A DNA stretch of 60,668 bases, counting the filler, from Sphacelaria rigidula (lineage: Eukaryota), in the NCBI GenBank assembly GCA_964200075.2. It is 6 parts of 6 records of this genome, joined end to end, with 100 filler letters (N's around TTAATTAATTAA, not from the genome) between each part and the next. Parts side by side here need not be neighbours in the genome. Positions count along the whole stretch, not along the records: positions 20,259 to 30,286 come from CAXNAA020007297.1; positions 30,387 to 40,414 come from CAXNAA020007298.1; positions 40,515 to 50,541 come from CAXNAA020007299.1; 3 more parts are not named here. One strand, 5' to 3'. A program made the position numbers and the translations under genes. Positions 26,660 to 41,109 of the stretch are shown piece by piece (position 1 is the first letter of the stretch; every line of letters begins with the position of its first letter). The notes beneath the pieces were generated by a model that was not told the origin of the DNA, did not search any database, and worked only from the letters and a program-made list of their open reading frames with translations.

Positions 26660-27820
26660 CTCTTCCTAGCAGATAGGTGTCATTTCGCTGTCGAGCTACG
26701 ACCATTTCGCCTTTCCTAGATTTTAGAATACGCTTTTTTCACGGATACCTCTCGGTAGACATTTCTCCCGCATTTCGCTGGACTCGAGGGTGCGCTCTGT
26801 TTCTTCTTGGATTTGGAGTAACTTTGCTTTCCGCGCTGTGTCCAGCATGGCGCTATGGCTTTGCGGTGCGTTCACTTTAATGTGTTTCGTCTCGTGTCTG
26901 CACGTCTCAGCGAACCCTCCGACACTCGGAGGTATAATCCGTTTCGACCGTTCTTCACTTTCGGAATCAGCATGAAGATTGTTTTCCCCTGGAAATTGAG
27001 TAACCATCCTCAGGCCAGCTCTAATGGGAGCCGTTCAAAATTCCTGTCGAAAACTGTTTTTTGGGCCCTTTTCCGTCGGTTTACGCCCGAAAACAGGACT
27101 AGGGGGATGCTGACGCCTTGGAATGACTTGCTCTACTCGTTAAGAGCGTTCAAAGGCAACTCTGCATTTCCCGCTGGCCGCCCTTTCGTTTTTGGCCAAA
27201 TGAGGCCAAAGACGGATTTTCAGTAAAAAAGGGTCAGGTGATCGAAATTTCCCGTTGTCTTTTCATCGCTTGACTGTTTTTTTTTTGGCCAAAAATGAAA
27301 GCGCGGCCAGCGGGAAATGCAAAGTTGCGCTGGAATGTCAACATCCGCGTAGCCCTCTTTTCAGGCGTGAGACGACGGAGAAGGGCCAACAAGACAGCTT
27401 TAAACAGGAACTTTGAACTTCCTGTTAGAGTCGGTCTCAGTTCAACGTGCTCACTCATGGTTCGGTCTCATCCCGCTTTCCTGTAGACAGGTGTCATTTC
27501 TCCGTCGAGTTCTCAACAGCCCATATGTTGTCCTCACTTGCTTTTATCATACCTTCTCCGCGAATCCTCTCAATTGACATTTCGCTTGCAATTCGTTGAA
27601 CATCAGAGTACGTTCTACTTTCGCTCAGGCTTGGAGTACATTCGTCTCCACACTGTATTCGGCATGATGCTATGGCGTTGCGATGCGTTCCGTTCGATGG
27701 GCTTCGTCTCTCCGCGTCTCGACGGATCCTCCAACACCCGGAGGTGCAATCTGTCTCGACCGTTCTTCACTTTTGAAACCAGCATCATTTTATGGTTTTC
27801 CCTCGGAAGTTAATATGCAT
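26660..27820 (+). repeat. Two diverged ~330-bp direct units (about 26660-27000 and 27485-27815) separated by a foldback element
   Basis: Shared blocks aggtgtcattt, cctcc.acac.cggaggt and tcgaccgttcttcacttt. Confidence 0.65.
27010..27440. mobile_element. Foldback MITE related to 57325-57764
   Basis: Long imperfect inverted arms (gcatttcccgctggccgc / gcggccagcgggaaatgc). Shares ccttggaatgacttgctctactcgtt with the 57-kb element. Confidence 0.65.
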
Positions 27821-27982
27821 CGTGTTAAGTTGTTAAGTTGGACTGGATTTTTCCAATTTGGCTTCTCCTCCGCGAAGATTCGACCAACCGGTTTTTTCGA
27901 CTCGATCTTCGCGATTTGTTTTGCTATATTTCATACTTTTATACCCAACTTGCTTCAAGGGGCACCTGGACACACAGCAGTC

Positions 27983-28203
27983 AACAGCGGATCTTGGAAA
28001 ATGGGGTCGATCTAAAAAATGAGACTCAAGTGGCATATCTTTTTTGCAGGGATGATGCGACTCAGTTACACAGAGCGAAGCCATCTTTCCCCCCGAAACT
28101 CTACAGCTATAAATCAGTTGTGGCTAGGTACACCGAACGAATGCGGTGTATACGCGTGTCGATGACGATATCACCACAGAGAGAAGCAATGAGAGAGAGG
28201 AAG
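27983..28203 (+). mobile_element. Truncated family A TIR
   Basis: Starts aacagcggatcttggaaaatggggtcgatct and is homologous to 43431-43650. Confidence 0.85.
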
Positions 28204-29469
28204 TGTTATGGGTCGCGACATACATGGAGGAAGGGCAGTACAATGACGGGTCCATCTAATCTGATGAAAAGTCCCGGAGGGCTGACTGCGGGAACTGGCA
28301 ATGTGCCGCAGTCAGGGGGGAGGATGTTTGAGCCCGTACGCAGACGGTTACATAAACATGCCTCTTCACATCCGGCTTGAACTCGGTTCTTTCATAATCG
28401 GTGAAAGCCGGCCCCCTGGCTTTTACTCCTATGGAAGGGAACGAAGTGGCCTGAGACATGAGATTCAAAACCACCACTGAAAGTAAGAAATGTCATCGCC
28501 TGAAGCTGAGATCAAGATACCCCGACATTCAGGATGAGCTGTTCCTCGTTAAACCGATCATCCCTTGTGCTCGAAAAGTGTTTTGCCCTGCGATAAATGG
28601 TGAGCGAGTGCGTACAAATCATTGCATACTGTATTGCGCATGGATGAATATGCCGCATATTTGGTTGAAGTAGGAAATTTCACTTTATGCCCCGTCCTGT
28701 GAAGATTCGTCATCAGAGTGCTTGAGCAGCGATCATGGTAACCATAACAATTAAGGCAGTAGTACAAACGAACCAGTGCACGGACTAGCCAGAGAGGCTA
28801 CTACAATATTCTGTCCGTATCATGGTGCTTCCAACCGGGACTATTGTGTCTACTGTTGTCATCTGTAACATATTGGAGAGCAATTCCGTTCTTCGCTTCA
28901 TGTGATGATCGTGGTGACGTCTGGGAGTGGGTAGCAGCGCACCAAATGGCCAGCAATGATATGTGATACCCTCACGTCCACGCAAGCATATATGGGTGGT
29001 CAAGCTGGGGAGGTTGCTGCAGCAGTTACCCGCATTTCAGCTCGTGGTGCGAGTTAGCTCATGTAATGTCTGCAGACCGTGTCTCCGCAGGGAAGCTCAA
29101 CAAAGTCAGCTGTCCTGACGTCCGCATGTTGTATACAGACAATAAATACTCGTAGATACATTTTATAGTATAAGTGCGGATGATTCGAAATTTTGAAAAT
29201 TCAACTGACCGAGTCAAGCTACCGCATGCATGCAGTGTTAATCTCGCGAACCCGCGTTTCTACAGCATCTGTGCACGACCACAACGCGTCTATAACAAGC
29301 TGTAACCTATGCAGGGAAAGGAAATGATGGCTGGTACTGATAACACCGGGCTACCCGCTTGAAGTGATTTCACGGTTTAACAGGGGATTCTATGAAATGA
29401 GGTTTGAAGACCCTAGCCGTTGAATGACGAAAAGCCCTCAGGAGTACCGCACGAAGCTGCTGATGTGTC

Positions 29470-29625
29470 ATGGTACGATACTTACGACCTGGGTGGTAAG
29501 ATGCCAGTTCAGTGGGCACTGATGGTACGATACTTACGACCTGGGTGGTAAGATGCCAGTTCAGTGGGCACCGATGGTACGATACTTACGACCTGGGTGG
29601 TAAGATGCCAGTTTAGTGGGCACCG
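29470..29625. repeat. Minisatellite, 3 x 52 bp
   Basis: atggtacgatacttacgacctgggtggtaagatgccagttcagtgggcactg at 29470, 29522 and 29574, with no spacers. Confidence 0.95.
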
Positions 29626-30393
29626 GGGCTAGTAGGCCCAAACACAGTCTTGAGTATCGAGACCATTGAGTTCGATATGATCGAGTGCGAGTCAACCACC
29701 GCACCAGTGGTCAGGTGGCATGTCATGAGCCGCGCAGACTGCAGCACAACATGTGCTGCATGAAGGCCAGGCTTACATTTTGTGAAGACCAGAGAATCGT
29801 CTGAGATAGCAGTCCCGGATAGCGTAGATGCTCTTGTATTATTGGCGTACAGGCTAACTTGTGCTTTGCTAGTTGAGATGCATGGTCCAAAACGACTGTG
29901 CCCCGAGAGGGCCTCGAGTCAATCCAATAACACAATGTAGTATGACCAAGTATGACAAATGGAACCCAGTCGACCGGAACATGACCAATAAATCTGTAAC
30001 ATCCCCCTAGCCATATTTATATGGCTACACACAAATTTATTGGAGGGCTGGAAGGGCCAGAACAAAAACAAAGCCTGTGCATCATACGCCTGAAAGTAAA
30101 ACGAGAAAAACCTGCTGAATTACAGTACAGGGGAAAACTCGTTGCAGATCTAATGAATGGGTAAACCCTGATAAGCAGGGGAAAACTCCATCCGTTAGGA
30201 AAGGAAAAAAATCTATAACGCCCTTTCCAACGACAGAAACAGCAGACAAGTACGGTCGCTGTCGTTTTCCCGGGATCTCAGTTAGANNNNNNNNNNNNNN
30301 NNNNNNNNNNNNNNNNNNNNNNNNNNNNNNTTAATTAATTAANNNNNNNNNNNNNNNNNNNNNNNNNNNNNNNNNNNNNNNNNNNNGAAGAGA

Positions 30394-30440
30394 TATTGCT
30401 TTTAGAGCTCAAATCCGTTTTTAGGCTGGCCCAGCTCGTA
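30394..30440 (-). mobile_element. End of a possible TA-targeting (mariner-like) MITE; other copies at 47309-47355 and about 40803-40831
   Basis: aaatccgttttt-aggctggcccagctcgta is the reverse complement of tacgagctgggccagccttaaaacggattt at 47309. Confidence 0.45.
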
Positions 30441-32524
30441 CGGTAGGTCCGAATCAGATGTCTAGTAAGGAAATGTACGTTCTGGCATATGTATAGTCTA
30501 TATATACACCGGCGGAACGGTTTTTAATGCGGAGACAGCGACAACATTGCACTTGTCCGTCCTGGAATGTGACGGCGGGATTGCGTTATATAAATATTCT
30601 GATACAGAACGTTGTCGGTTGCCTGCCTTCTCAAACAGCGATACAACAACACAGCCGTACTCCGCGTGTCTTCCTGCCTGTGCCTACAACGCTTTCTCCG
30701 CTTTTTTGATACAGTGTGGGGGAACACCTTGCCCCGATCGGAGTCCGTGTCGTGCTCTATCCGTCGCTGGGGGTGAGGAGTGAAGCCCGAGGCTCTCGAT
30801 TGCTGCCACAAGAACAGCTTTTGACTTCAACATCTAACTACCATATATCTTGAACCTCGTAGAGACCGTCATCATTTGTCGACGGTGACCCATAAACCTA
30901 CGTAGTACGGCGTTGTCTCAAACCCCTACCGAACACGAGAAATCCCAGTCAAACATAAGGAAGCCCCATCACACACGGCTCCTGAAATGTCCGCTAACCT
31001 CGGTTCTTCTCCACCACCGTGCGTATCACAACGGCAACCGTAGAGCATGAAGCTCAGGGGCATTCGATCAACCTTTGAACGACTGATTGACATACGCACG
31101 TGTCTGTGTAGTCAGAGAAGGCATGTACTGCCTACAGAGCTATTACGACACGCATCTTTGCTTACCAGTCGCTGAGTGCGGTCACCATAGCCCCCAGGTC
31201 GAAGTACATCTCTTATTGTTTGTTGTTGACGTGTCGAGTCCGAGTTACTGGTCTCCTGGTTGTTATTTCTTGCGCCGTCGAAGGATGTGAAGGTACAAAG
31301 AGCGCTTGTACAATGTGTTTCAGGTCGGGCAGTGTTGGAGTCGTGTGGGTTGTCTTCGTTGTGCGTCTTGTGCGTTTTGTGTATATGATGTGAGAAAGAA
31401 CACTGTAATGCAGGCCGGCGGCCGGCCAATAAAGCAACAGAGGCTGAACCAACAAATGTATCCGACCTCGTCACATGTCACCTGTCACTTGTCACTTGCC
31501 ACACCGTGTCTTATCGAGACCAGAAAACAAGAAGCGTCAGAGCGAACAAGCGTCCAAAGCAGCATGTTGATTGATAGTCAGGGGGGTCTATAGTCGCGGC
31601 GACTGATCGACATGCTGTTCTCGGACGCTTGTTCCCTCTCACGCCTTTTTTTTCGGTCTCGATGTCTCGATATTTAAGATATCAGACGTGGTCTCAGTAT
31701 ATTCGGGTGTCGCACGTTGCACGCCGCATCTGAATCCTATTTGGCAGCAGGGATGCGAAACGGCATCTATTTTGCCGACCTTGCGGCCTGTACGAATTAG
31801 TATTCGTACTACGACTACTGTCGTATCTGCGTGCAGTTGTTGCTTCAAAGGACGGCGGCGACAGAGCTGTGGGGTTGGTTTAGCATTCAACGGCTTTCAG
31901 TTGTACCCTGCCTAGATGTGTAAGCCACTACCAGTGCTGAGTATGTGTGCATGTGTGGATTGTTTATGTTGAAACGTCGCCATATGAGCCAGCGCAGATA
32001 TCTGCTGCGCCGGGCACGTGTGTGAGGTTCTCATGTGTAACCAATGACATTTACCTAGGTGACGCTGTATAACACCCTCTCCCCTCGTCTTGTTTCCGAC
32101 GTTTGACTTCCGAGAAATACGTAGATCTCGGCGAGACCTCTCGAGCAACATCGATATAGGGGTATATCTGATCTGTTAGTAGTCGAGACCACGAAGGACT
32201 CAGTAGTATTGGTAGTAGATAAATCTAGGTACCGAAACGCTGATACCCTGGAAGCACGTGCGCCTGGGGTATGGCGCGACCTTCTTGAGCAAGTTGTTGA
32301 TAGTTCTAACTCCTGTACAAAAGCATTTTGTAGCCTGTAAAGTAGAGTGGTGCGCGAGGGAAACTCTGTGTGTGTAGTTACTAACGTGTCCGTGCAATGG
32401 GAGGGTATCATGTAGTAGTATGGGACTTCAGTGAGCTGTGTCGGCTTTGATATGTGCTTTACGCCTGAATACTGAGGTTGAAAGTGCTTATTGCACTTCA
32501 TTGCAGGCCTTTTCCCTCTTTTTA

Positions 32525-32690
32525 TATGGGGAGGGGGTGTGCTCATGATTCTGCATGTCGTAGCCATAAAGCCGTTGCCCAGGCCGGGGTCCTACAAAGC
32601 CGGGGTGGAGCACGCCGGATTTTGCAGGACTAGGCTCGCCACGGGCAGAGGTAGCTCGAAGACAGTAAGGGGGTGGCAGGGGAGATCAAA
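32525..32690 (+). repeat. Short dispersed repeat; copies at about 57955-58095 (-) and 42905-42960 (-, partial)
   Basis: G-run + tcatgat..tgca.g.cgtag.cat ... tacaaagccgg...ggagcacgcc...ttttgc.ggac. Confidence 0.6.
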
Positions 32691-33726
32691 ATATGTATGG
32701 CCCGCCCCGACTGCGGACCAGAGGCCTAGAAATGCATCAAAATAATACCAGCAGCAGACGTTTTGGGCACATTTCGTTTTCGCGAGACGGTTCACCAGGA
32801 GGTGTTGATCACGTCAACGATTGTACAGCATGCGCTCACATGCCAACGCAACATGAGTATCAGGGCTTCTTTCCCCCGTCAGGGAGGGCCGTGATATAGA
32901 TCACATGGTGCGCTTCATCATGCATCCGGTCGCAAAGCGGCGGGTTTCCCGAAGGTTATGCACTGTTGTACTCCTGTTGAGAAAGTGCGCATCTGCAAGT
33001 CGCTGCACCCCGGTGATTTACCGGTACAACTGACTACACTACTAGGTCGAAAAGATTGTGGGTCCGACGCCCACCAGATGCTTCTACTTTTGACTTTTGC
33101 TGCGAAGGATCTGTCGTTCAAGGCGTCAGGACATGAGAGGCAATTGGGAATTTGACGGGAGTCGACGCGGTGCAGGACTGCCGATCCGAGTGATGCCACG
33201 ATAGCTCCTCCTAGAAAAGAGGCCATTTTTTTCGTGACACTTTGGGGCTGGTTTTGAGGGGGGGGGGGACGCATCACTTATCCAATCCGCGATATCCATA
33301 CTTTGGTGTGTACCGTGAGAGCGATAGGTTGATTCCTTGAGACGACGGGCTAGTTCCGCAGAAGGGCTGGGATTTCTCTGACATGAAGTCGTTTCTGCCG
33401 AACGGTCGATGGCTGGGACAAGCAAAAAACGGCTTGCATACTACACCATCGGTGTTTGCTTTAGTTTTGACATAACCTCGTGGACACACAGTTATATGGT
33501 CAATCAAAATGGGTGTCGTCATCTGGTGGACAAGTGGTGTTCGTTGTAGAGGGATAGCGGCCGGGATCTATCTCTTTTCAAGAGCAAAAAGTCGTTGTTT
33601 TTACCGTTTCTTATGATGACTGCAACGATTCGTACGTATCTTCGCGATATCCTCCCCCCACAACGGGGCTTGTACAAAAGCATAATGCTAAGAAAAACTT
33701 CGCGGGGAGGCTAGTTTACAGGTACC

Positions 33727-33983
33727 GAGTGATGCTACGGTAGGGGTACACAAATATTCTCTGAGGTTAGAGTTGTTAGGAGCCCTTGATCTCATCCAAA
33801 ACACGACCTATGAAAATATGCGGGAGTACGCCAGGATTACAATTTCAATGTGCTGGGGATATCCCGAATAAATCTGCAAACGGCGATGCCCTGACCCATA
33901 TTCTTGTGCGTCTAGAATCGTTAGGAGTCCCTGAACCAGACAAAATTTCGCCAAAAAAGTGCACCCCTACCGTAGCATTGCTC
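33727..33983. mobile_element. Sola2-like MITE, family 2 (257 bp)
   Basis: TIRs gagtgatgctacggtaggggtacac / gtgcacccctaccgtagcattgctc; GAG...CTC termini; perfect TSD TACC. Confidence 0.88.
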
Positions 33984-36142
33984 TACCAGCAACGTAAGTA
34001 TACGCGCGAAAGCACACGCAGCAAACAGGTCAGCGGGGGATGACAGGCAAGATGTGCTACTGATTGCTAGTGGTCGACAGGTCGGCCAAGGCCTCAACAA
34101 TGACTCCATTCAAGACGAACCAATTCTCACCGGGCATGAGAACCAGGGTGAAAAGATCCCGACATGAGGGGAACGTATCGCATTCAACCCTCTACCTACA
34201 CCAGTGCACCCCGCTACGCAGATGTGTCTCCGACAACAATCACCACCTTCCATGTACTTGTGCAGAGGCAAGAAACGAACATTAGTGCCGCTCAGGGAGA
34301 AAACATCGGAGAGGGGGGAATGAGAAGGGGCTATATAACAAAAACATATCGTTTGCCCTCCGATGAACAGAGACCCGGAGTACGCGTGTGGGAATCGCTG
34401 GTTGCAGAGGTTTTCAGGTCATGGGACAGAAACGGGGGTATGTGACACTGTGCAGGAGCTCTTCTGCATATATCTGAAGGTAAACACATACCGAATGTGG
34501 CCGCGACATATCATCTTAGTTTCACTATACGCTGCAACTGTTTCGGAACATGCATCTGCGCTTTAGATAGCGCGACGAGTGGCGCACCTGAGTTGAAACA
34601 CACAGCCGCGTCGACTGTCACCTGGCGTAGTGGAATAATACCTTTTCAGCGACTGGCAGGGTGGATGGGTAGGGTCTTCTATGGCCATTTTTCAGGTGAA
34701 GGTGAAGCCGATCCAACACATCACGTACCCCATCCGTCAACGGTGTATCCCTTTGACCGCCAGCGTGGCGCGGCAGAATGATGCCGGCTCAGCAGTGAAG
34801 TGGTGCGCGGGCTCAACAGTACACGCATGCTTACTGTCGCGGCCGCGCACGTGCGCGCATTGCAGGGGAAGCTGCTGGCTCTACACTCCATGACCCCCGC
34901 CCGGCCGTCACCCTACACGCGTGTGGGTTTCGGGGCAACTCGGCGGTCAAACGTGCCGGTAAGACGGGGAAAATTGTTGATCTCGTCGCTTTGAAACATA
35001 TGGGCTGCAGCATAAGTTCACTGTCGCCTATGATAGGCGCTGTACAATGTACAACATTATACGTCAACAGCACGGCAGAGTACGCACTACCATCCATCAG
35101 GCAGTGACGCACAGACACCAGTAAGAATAATAGTGCACCGTGCAGTTCTGTTCGCACTGCAGGTATAGTCAGTAATACATCGTCTGTGTTGCCATGCAAC
35201 CCCCACCCGCTGTGTTTGTTTTCAGCTCGGTAATTGCGGTTAGTTGTGGCCAAGGCTTCAACCATTGTATAGGCGCCTATCAACGACGACACTGGGATCA
35301 TATTGCAGCTTCATATATTCTGAACGACGAGATCAAAGGGTCAGTCAAACCTTTGACAGCCAGGATATTTCATTTACCGTTGTGAATCGGCATCATGTTC
35401 CACTATATACCAGGCTCACAATGTGTCAGAGTGCACGTATCGCAGTCAGCACAAAGCAAGAGTGAAATTTAAGGGCAAACCCACGATCAGCTAGGCCACA
35501 TCGATCCTCGGGTTCAAGTTTTGATGCAAGGAGTACATGAGTGAATTTCAGTGTGTGAAAGGGATCGGCCGGGGATGCACGATTCGGCAGGGAAAGGGGA
35601 ACGTAGTTATACCTGGCGGAGGAAGCCTACCGTGTCGAGGGAGCTGTTATCTATTGTTTTGCACGAATTTTGGCGACCCCGACAACAATAGCAGTTGCAG
35701 TGAAACATCGAAACAATTGAAGTATCAACAAACAAAATTTCGCAAAACCCCATCCCTCGAGGACAAAGTCGACGCCCCCCTCTACGGTCATGCTCCAGCA
35801 CGGGGTTAAATCAACCGTTTTGGTTAGCAACGTACGAACAACGATGCACGTCGAGACTGGAGCTCTATCACGAGAATGCTTGCACCCAACCCAGATGATC
35901 TATGTGCCCGCCCTCGTCTTCCACCCATGGTATAAAATCGCTTTTACCTCCCCTTACAAGCATGGCCAGGGGGTATTATACTACATTTTGGTCATTGTAA
36001 GCGTGCGACTAACGATGCTCCTGGGGATGGGAAAGGTATCCCTCATCTCTACGTCCCATCATTTTGATCTATGATCATCCCACACATCTTCATTCCTGGG
36101 GATGAAATTATTTCACCAACCGCGCAAATACGCTCAGGGGGG

Positions 36143-36368
36143 TGTCATGTATACTGTTCTGGTCCGTACCGTACGAATGACAACTGCAATGCTTCTACCT
36201 TGCGCTGTCGATTTATGACACACCCTCACGCACGTGAGTCATTCCTTTTCTTCTCCAACACGCTCAGAAGGTGTGTCATCTGACACTTGGGCAATCGGTC
36301 TACGAAGGACGATTCCTCTGGGGACGGGAGAAGAATCACTACAACTGCCCCGTCCTACCCTGGTGACA
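36143..36368 (+). repeat. Possible 3' LTR of a decayed retroelement
   Basis: Purine tract agggggg immediately before TGTCA; TGACA closes a 226-bp segment, similar in size to the contig 1 LTRs. No partner LTR. Confidence 0.3.
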
Positions 36369-39300
36369 TATGATATCCAATGCGTGTCACAAGCCGGGGT
36401 TCAAACCACGACACTCCCTGTCGGGACCAGAAATGCACCACTACAACATTTCTATTTTACCCTATGTCGCTTATCGTAAATTCTCATCCCGATGATACAA
36501 TCGTTTTGATGCCCTTCTCAATTACACTCTGGAGGGGTTCAATCTACCGGCTTGGCCCGTAGCGTGCGAAGAGATAGGGGTGTCCCTTCGGGCCTAAACT
36601 GTGCATTTTTTCATGTGTCGCATATTCTCGTCTTCTTCCTTTCGTTTTCTCTTTTACAAGACTTTGTTCATTTCATCGTCAGGGCACACCCCCCGATCTA
36701 CATCTACGAACACGATGACTTGCACAGGATTTCGAACGGCGCCTAGCTCGAGCCCTGTGTCCACGACTCTTGGAATCGATCGCCTGAATGAAACTTCATT
36801 CGTTTACAAGACCGACATCGTCCATACCCTTTTGAAGCGCTGGAGTATTATCGCCTCTTGACGTGGTGTGGAGCTTGCGCTGGACTAATGTAGATCTCCA
36901 TATTGTGGCTTCCGTTCCTGTTCTGAGTTTGGCTCCACGTGCGTCCTTCGCATGAGTTTCGATGACTCTGTGTGAGTTGTTTTGGTTTGTTGTTACAAAG
37001 GTTGGGCATTGCTCGTTGTTGTACCTTGACGTTCTGCGTCCTCCTTCATAACTGACGTGTATACACCGTTTGCGTTTCTCCATCGAGGTGTAGGAAGGCC
37101 GGGTGTTGCTCTACCAACTCATTTCTCTATTCTTTTTCATTCGTATCATGACTTGTTTATTCCTGTGAAAAGGAGCCCCATTTTCGTTGCATCATTACAA
37201 TGTGCGACGGAATCGCCCTGAGGGAATCCTCAATTCAACTGCAATATAGACTTGTCTGGGTGTGCTAGTGTCCCGAGGTTGTGGGGCATGCCCCCCATAT
37301 CCCTCTCAGACGCGTAAACCAGCTGTAATCTGAGACCCTTGGATCTCCCGTCTGATCGGGAGATCAAGAGTTATCTGAGATCTCCAGATCTCCGACTTAC
37401 TTAGTAGAAGAACGGGCCTGGGTTCCCTAGCCCTAAGGTGGTAACGCCTTCCTGTACTTGTAGCGATTAAGCTCAGTGTCCTCAGCATCATACCTCACTC
37501 GTCAGTGAGGGCATCTTTTTACCTGGAAGTGTTACTCGCCTCTTGGGGAATACAATAGAGAGCAGCAAACCAGGAATATTGAAGCTACTAACAACGTGTT
37601 GGGCATTTCTGTCTAATCATTTAGCACGAATATCTACTGCGTGAGATTTGAAAGGATAATGAGCAAGAAAGTGTATGAGATTTGCTCTCTACCGCCTACC
37701 AGAAGCCATGGCGTCTTTCCAGGGAGTTTTTTTTTCATATTACATGCCCCTGGGCAAAAACAGGTATCCCTACAACCGCTACGCCACATCTTATCAGTCT
37801 CTTATATCCTCTGTTCTTCACACGGCGGGGGTTGAACCATTTTATCTATTGCCCAGATACGCTCGGGGGGATGTTGTCATCCCGTTGCTGGACTGTAGCT
37901 TACGAATAACTACGACCCTGGGGGCGGAAGGGGTATCACTATAACTCCTACTATGCAGCTGTACTGTACTGCGGGTGGACGTTTGCTCAGACAGCTTAGT
38001 GTTTACTTTCCGCCATATTTCCCCGAATACAGGTCGCAAATGTGAGTAAAACCCGTCGATCGTAGCTGCTGGAACCTCCGTCTGAAGTTTGCACCGGGTA
38101 GTGTAACGCGATTGTCACAGAAGTTATAGGTAAGTCTACCCTTACTACACTGACACCACAATAGCCATTTACAGGTTGGGAATTCCGATCGCCTTGTTCC
38201 ACGGGTCGGACGAATCAATGATCCGTCTGGAAATTGCTTGATTCTAATGTAATTGATCCATACCATATGAATCAATCCTTAGGCAGGCCTTGTTTTCAGC
38301 GTTGCATGTCAGGTACGCGCACCCCAGACACGTGGAATAGCACAAAAATTGCGTGGAGTCTGTTTTGATCAGCAGTCGACTTTGTTATTCTCCTTCGAGC
38401 AAGCAGGCGTAAAAAATCGTGGATTTGCTGATTCGAACCGGTGATGATTCGTCCAAACCGTGCCTTGTTCCGATATATGTCGAAAGTCAATGTACGTGTC
38501 AAGTGTACGAATGGTCATTGTCCTCTGAGAGGAGGGTGGCTTTCAGGAATCTCATCTCGGATTCGGAGTCTCCACGAAATTTGCAGTCGTCATATATACA
38601 CATGGAGCTATACATATATATATATATATATGAATATGTATCGTTTTGGATAAGAACTCCAGTTGTATAGCTCTCACACACGTGGCCTTGACATTGCACA
38701 TGAGAGTGCTTCTACGGTGAGGGTACACTTAACTGTCGAAAAGGTTCCAGAGGCTGCACACAAGGGCCCAGATGTTTGTCATCGAGAGGCTCAGAAAGTG
38801 AAGAACCCCAGAGGAAGTTTTTTCACCCCTACCGTTGAGCCACTGATAAGTTATTCAGAATGATAGACCAACCAAGATGGGACATATCACCTCAATCTAC
38901 CGAAGATACCACCCCCCTCGAGGGCAGCTATTTTCCCTTCCCCTGCCATATATATGCAACCCCTCCTCAAATTCAACCATTTCAGTGTTTTGTATTGTAC
39001 ATTCGTTCATGTCCCTGGTGACAAATAAATGCTGGGTTTATTGTTTTGGCATCTATGTACGGATTGAACTTGGAGCATGCCCGCAGAAGAGGTATGTCTA
39101 TCACCACTGTGGAGCATGCTCACCGATGGGTTCTCACCCGCTGAGCTACTATTGTATATTAAGGCGTCATTCAATAAAAAGAGGCCATGCTAGCGTAAAT
39201 GAACTACGATGCAATGAAGCCAAACGAGGATTGGCTTGCACATTCTGCCTTGACGTGAACGCGATCCAAACAACTATTCTATGATACCACGAAGAGATTT

Positions 39301-40830
39301 CCTTCGATACACAAACTGACGTAGGAAAAAAACGCATGTAGCGGAGTATGCTCAAGGACCCTACCAACCCGAAGACAACGTGTGCCATATCGCACAAGTA
39401 ATGATGAGTGTTTTTCAGAGATCTTGTATGACCAAAAGCACAAGCAATGTGAAGTTCGCCCCCGATAGCAGCTACCCTGTGATTGGAAGCTGTGTAGCAT
39501 CTGTCAATCATAGATAGGGCGCGAATCACCCATGCTTCTCTTCAGATGATTGTTCGGGTCCCGTTCAGACGGGTCCTCGCGAGAGCTGACCATCCCATAT
39601 TCAAGACATATACTTGGAATTAACGACGTTTATCGAAACAGGTCCCCCGAGCGGCGTCATCATACCATACTGTGCCCTCACATAGTTGACCCATGAATTG
39701 CCTGGTGGTGCCGTTCCCTCATGGGGTTGATAGTAATCAATCAATGCATATATTGCACGGCCATGTCATTCATATGTATACCGGCGTAGTAGTGTTTGTT
39801 ACCCTTCCTCCCTCGTACGCCTGCACGCATACTACTTCCAAAACAAGAAACTTTTATAACCGCCGTGATCCACGCCCTTTGCTCACTTTGATTGATTGGC
39901 TGAGTGGCGCACTTTGACTGACTCCCCAGAGATCCAGCCGTGGTCATATGATTGACGTACCCAAGACAAAACATAACTAAAACACTCGCTGAAGAACGAT
40001 GAAAAGAAAAAGAAACAGAAGGCGTAGAGCAGAACGATACAGTAGAAGAAAAATATGGCAGCTCATCTACTACTTCCGCTCCTTTTAGGGTATGGACCGT
40101 CTCTTCCATGAAGAAACACAACGAAACAAGGTACCACACTGATCTGGCATACACAAGCAGGAAAGAACGCACATTTATATATATATATATATATGTATAT
40201 ATGTGGAGAAAAAGGTGGGGAAAAGGGACAGCAGAAAAGAGGACTACAGAAGTGATGAAACCAAAAGAATTCAGGGCAGCAGAGGCCGCAAGATGGAACG
40301 CTGCGATTCTTAGTTCTTCAGTTCTTTGGTTGGCGGAATTTGGGGCCTTGAGCCTCGCCCGTAGTCGGACCCTGTGGTCATTTCTACCTGTTGCGCGTCG
40401 AGTTGAAAAAACCGNNNNNNNNNNNNNNNNNNNNNNNNNNNNNNNNNNNNNNNNNNNNTTAATTAATTAANNNNNNNNNNNNNNNNNNNNNNNNNNNNNN
40501 NNNNNNNNNNNNNNACGACAATAGAATGATAAAATTGCCGATCGATGGCCATAACGGACGACAATATTGACATCTAATGCAGCTGATTCTATTGCTATCG
40601 CAATAGATGCCGTCCATTGTCCAGGGTGTGTATGAGTTAAGGTCAATAGTCAGTTATCAGGTATCAGTAAAATGCCCCCAACTCATGAAAAAAAAAACTT
40701 GTCTGCAGTGGTATCTGTTTTTACTATGCCTTATTCGTTGTCCATACCAAATTTCAGGGTCCAACTCTAAATGTTGGCCGTACAATGGGCCTGCAAACTA
40801 CAAATTCGCTTTCCGGCTGGCCCAGATCGT

Positions 40831-41032
40831 AATCGTGTGCAAATAGTTGTTTCTAAATAATTAACTGTTCAGAATCGTGTCAGCTAGTTGCTTCCAACCA
40901 CCTAACTGTTCACGATCGTGTGCAACTAGTTGTTTTCAAACAACTCGTCTCTCCGAATCGTGTGCAACTAGTTGTTTCCAAACAACTAACTGTTCGAAAT
41001 TGTGTGCAACTAGTTGTTTGGAAACAACTAGC
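40831..41032. repeat. Tandem repeat, ~42-bp unit containing the palindromic core caactagttg
   Basis: Unit starts at 40831, 40873, 40914, 40956 and 40998. Confidence 0.85.
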
Positions 41033-41109
41033 CGGTACTTGGTCGACAAATAAATAACTTTGTTAGTTGTTAGTTGTAGTTGAACAGCGTGTGAAATGTT
41101 CCTCGTCAA

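Noticed and set aside
29470-29625. CRISPR-like direct repeats (also 40831-41595, 49545-49695 and 51720-52700)
   Set aside because: The units are contiguous with no unique spacers, there are no cas genes, and the context is eukaryotic TE sequence.
32918-34960. Possible exons (minus 32918-33210 and 33277-33522; plus about 34790-34958)
   Set aside because: There are isolated splice-like sites, but no consistent exon chain or recognisable protein.
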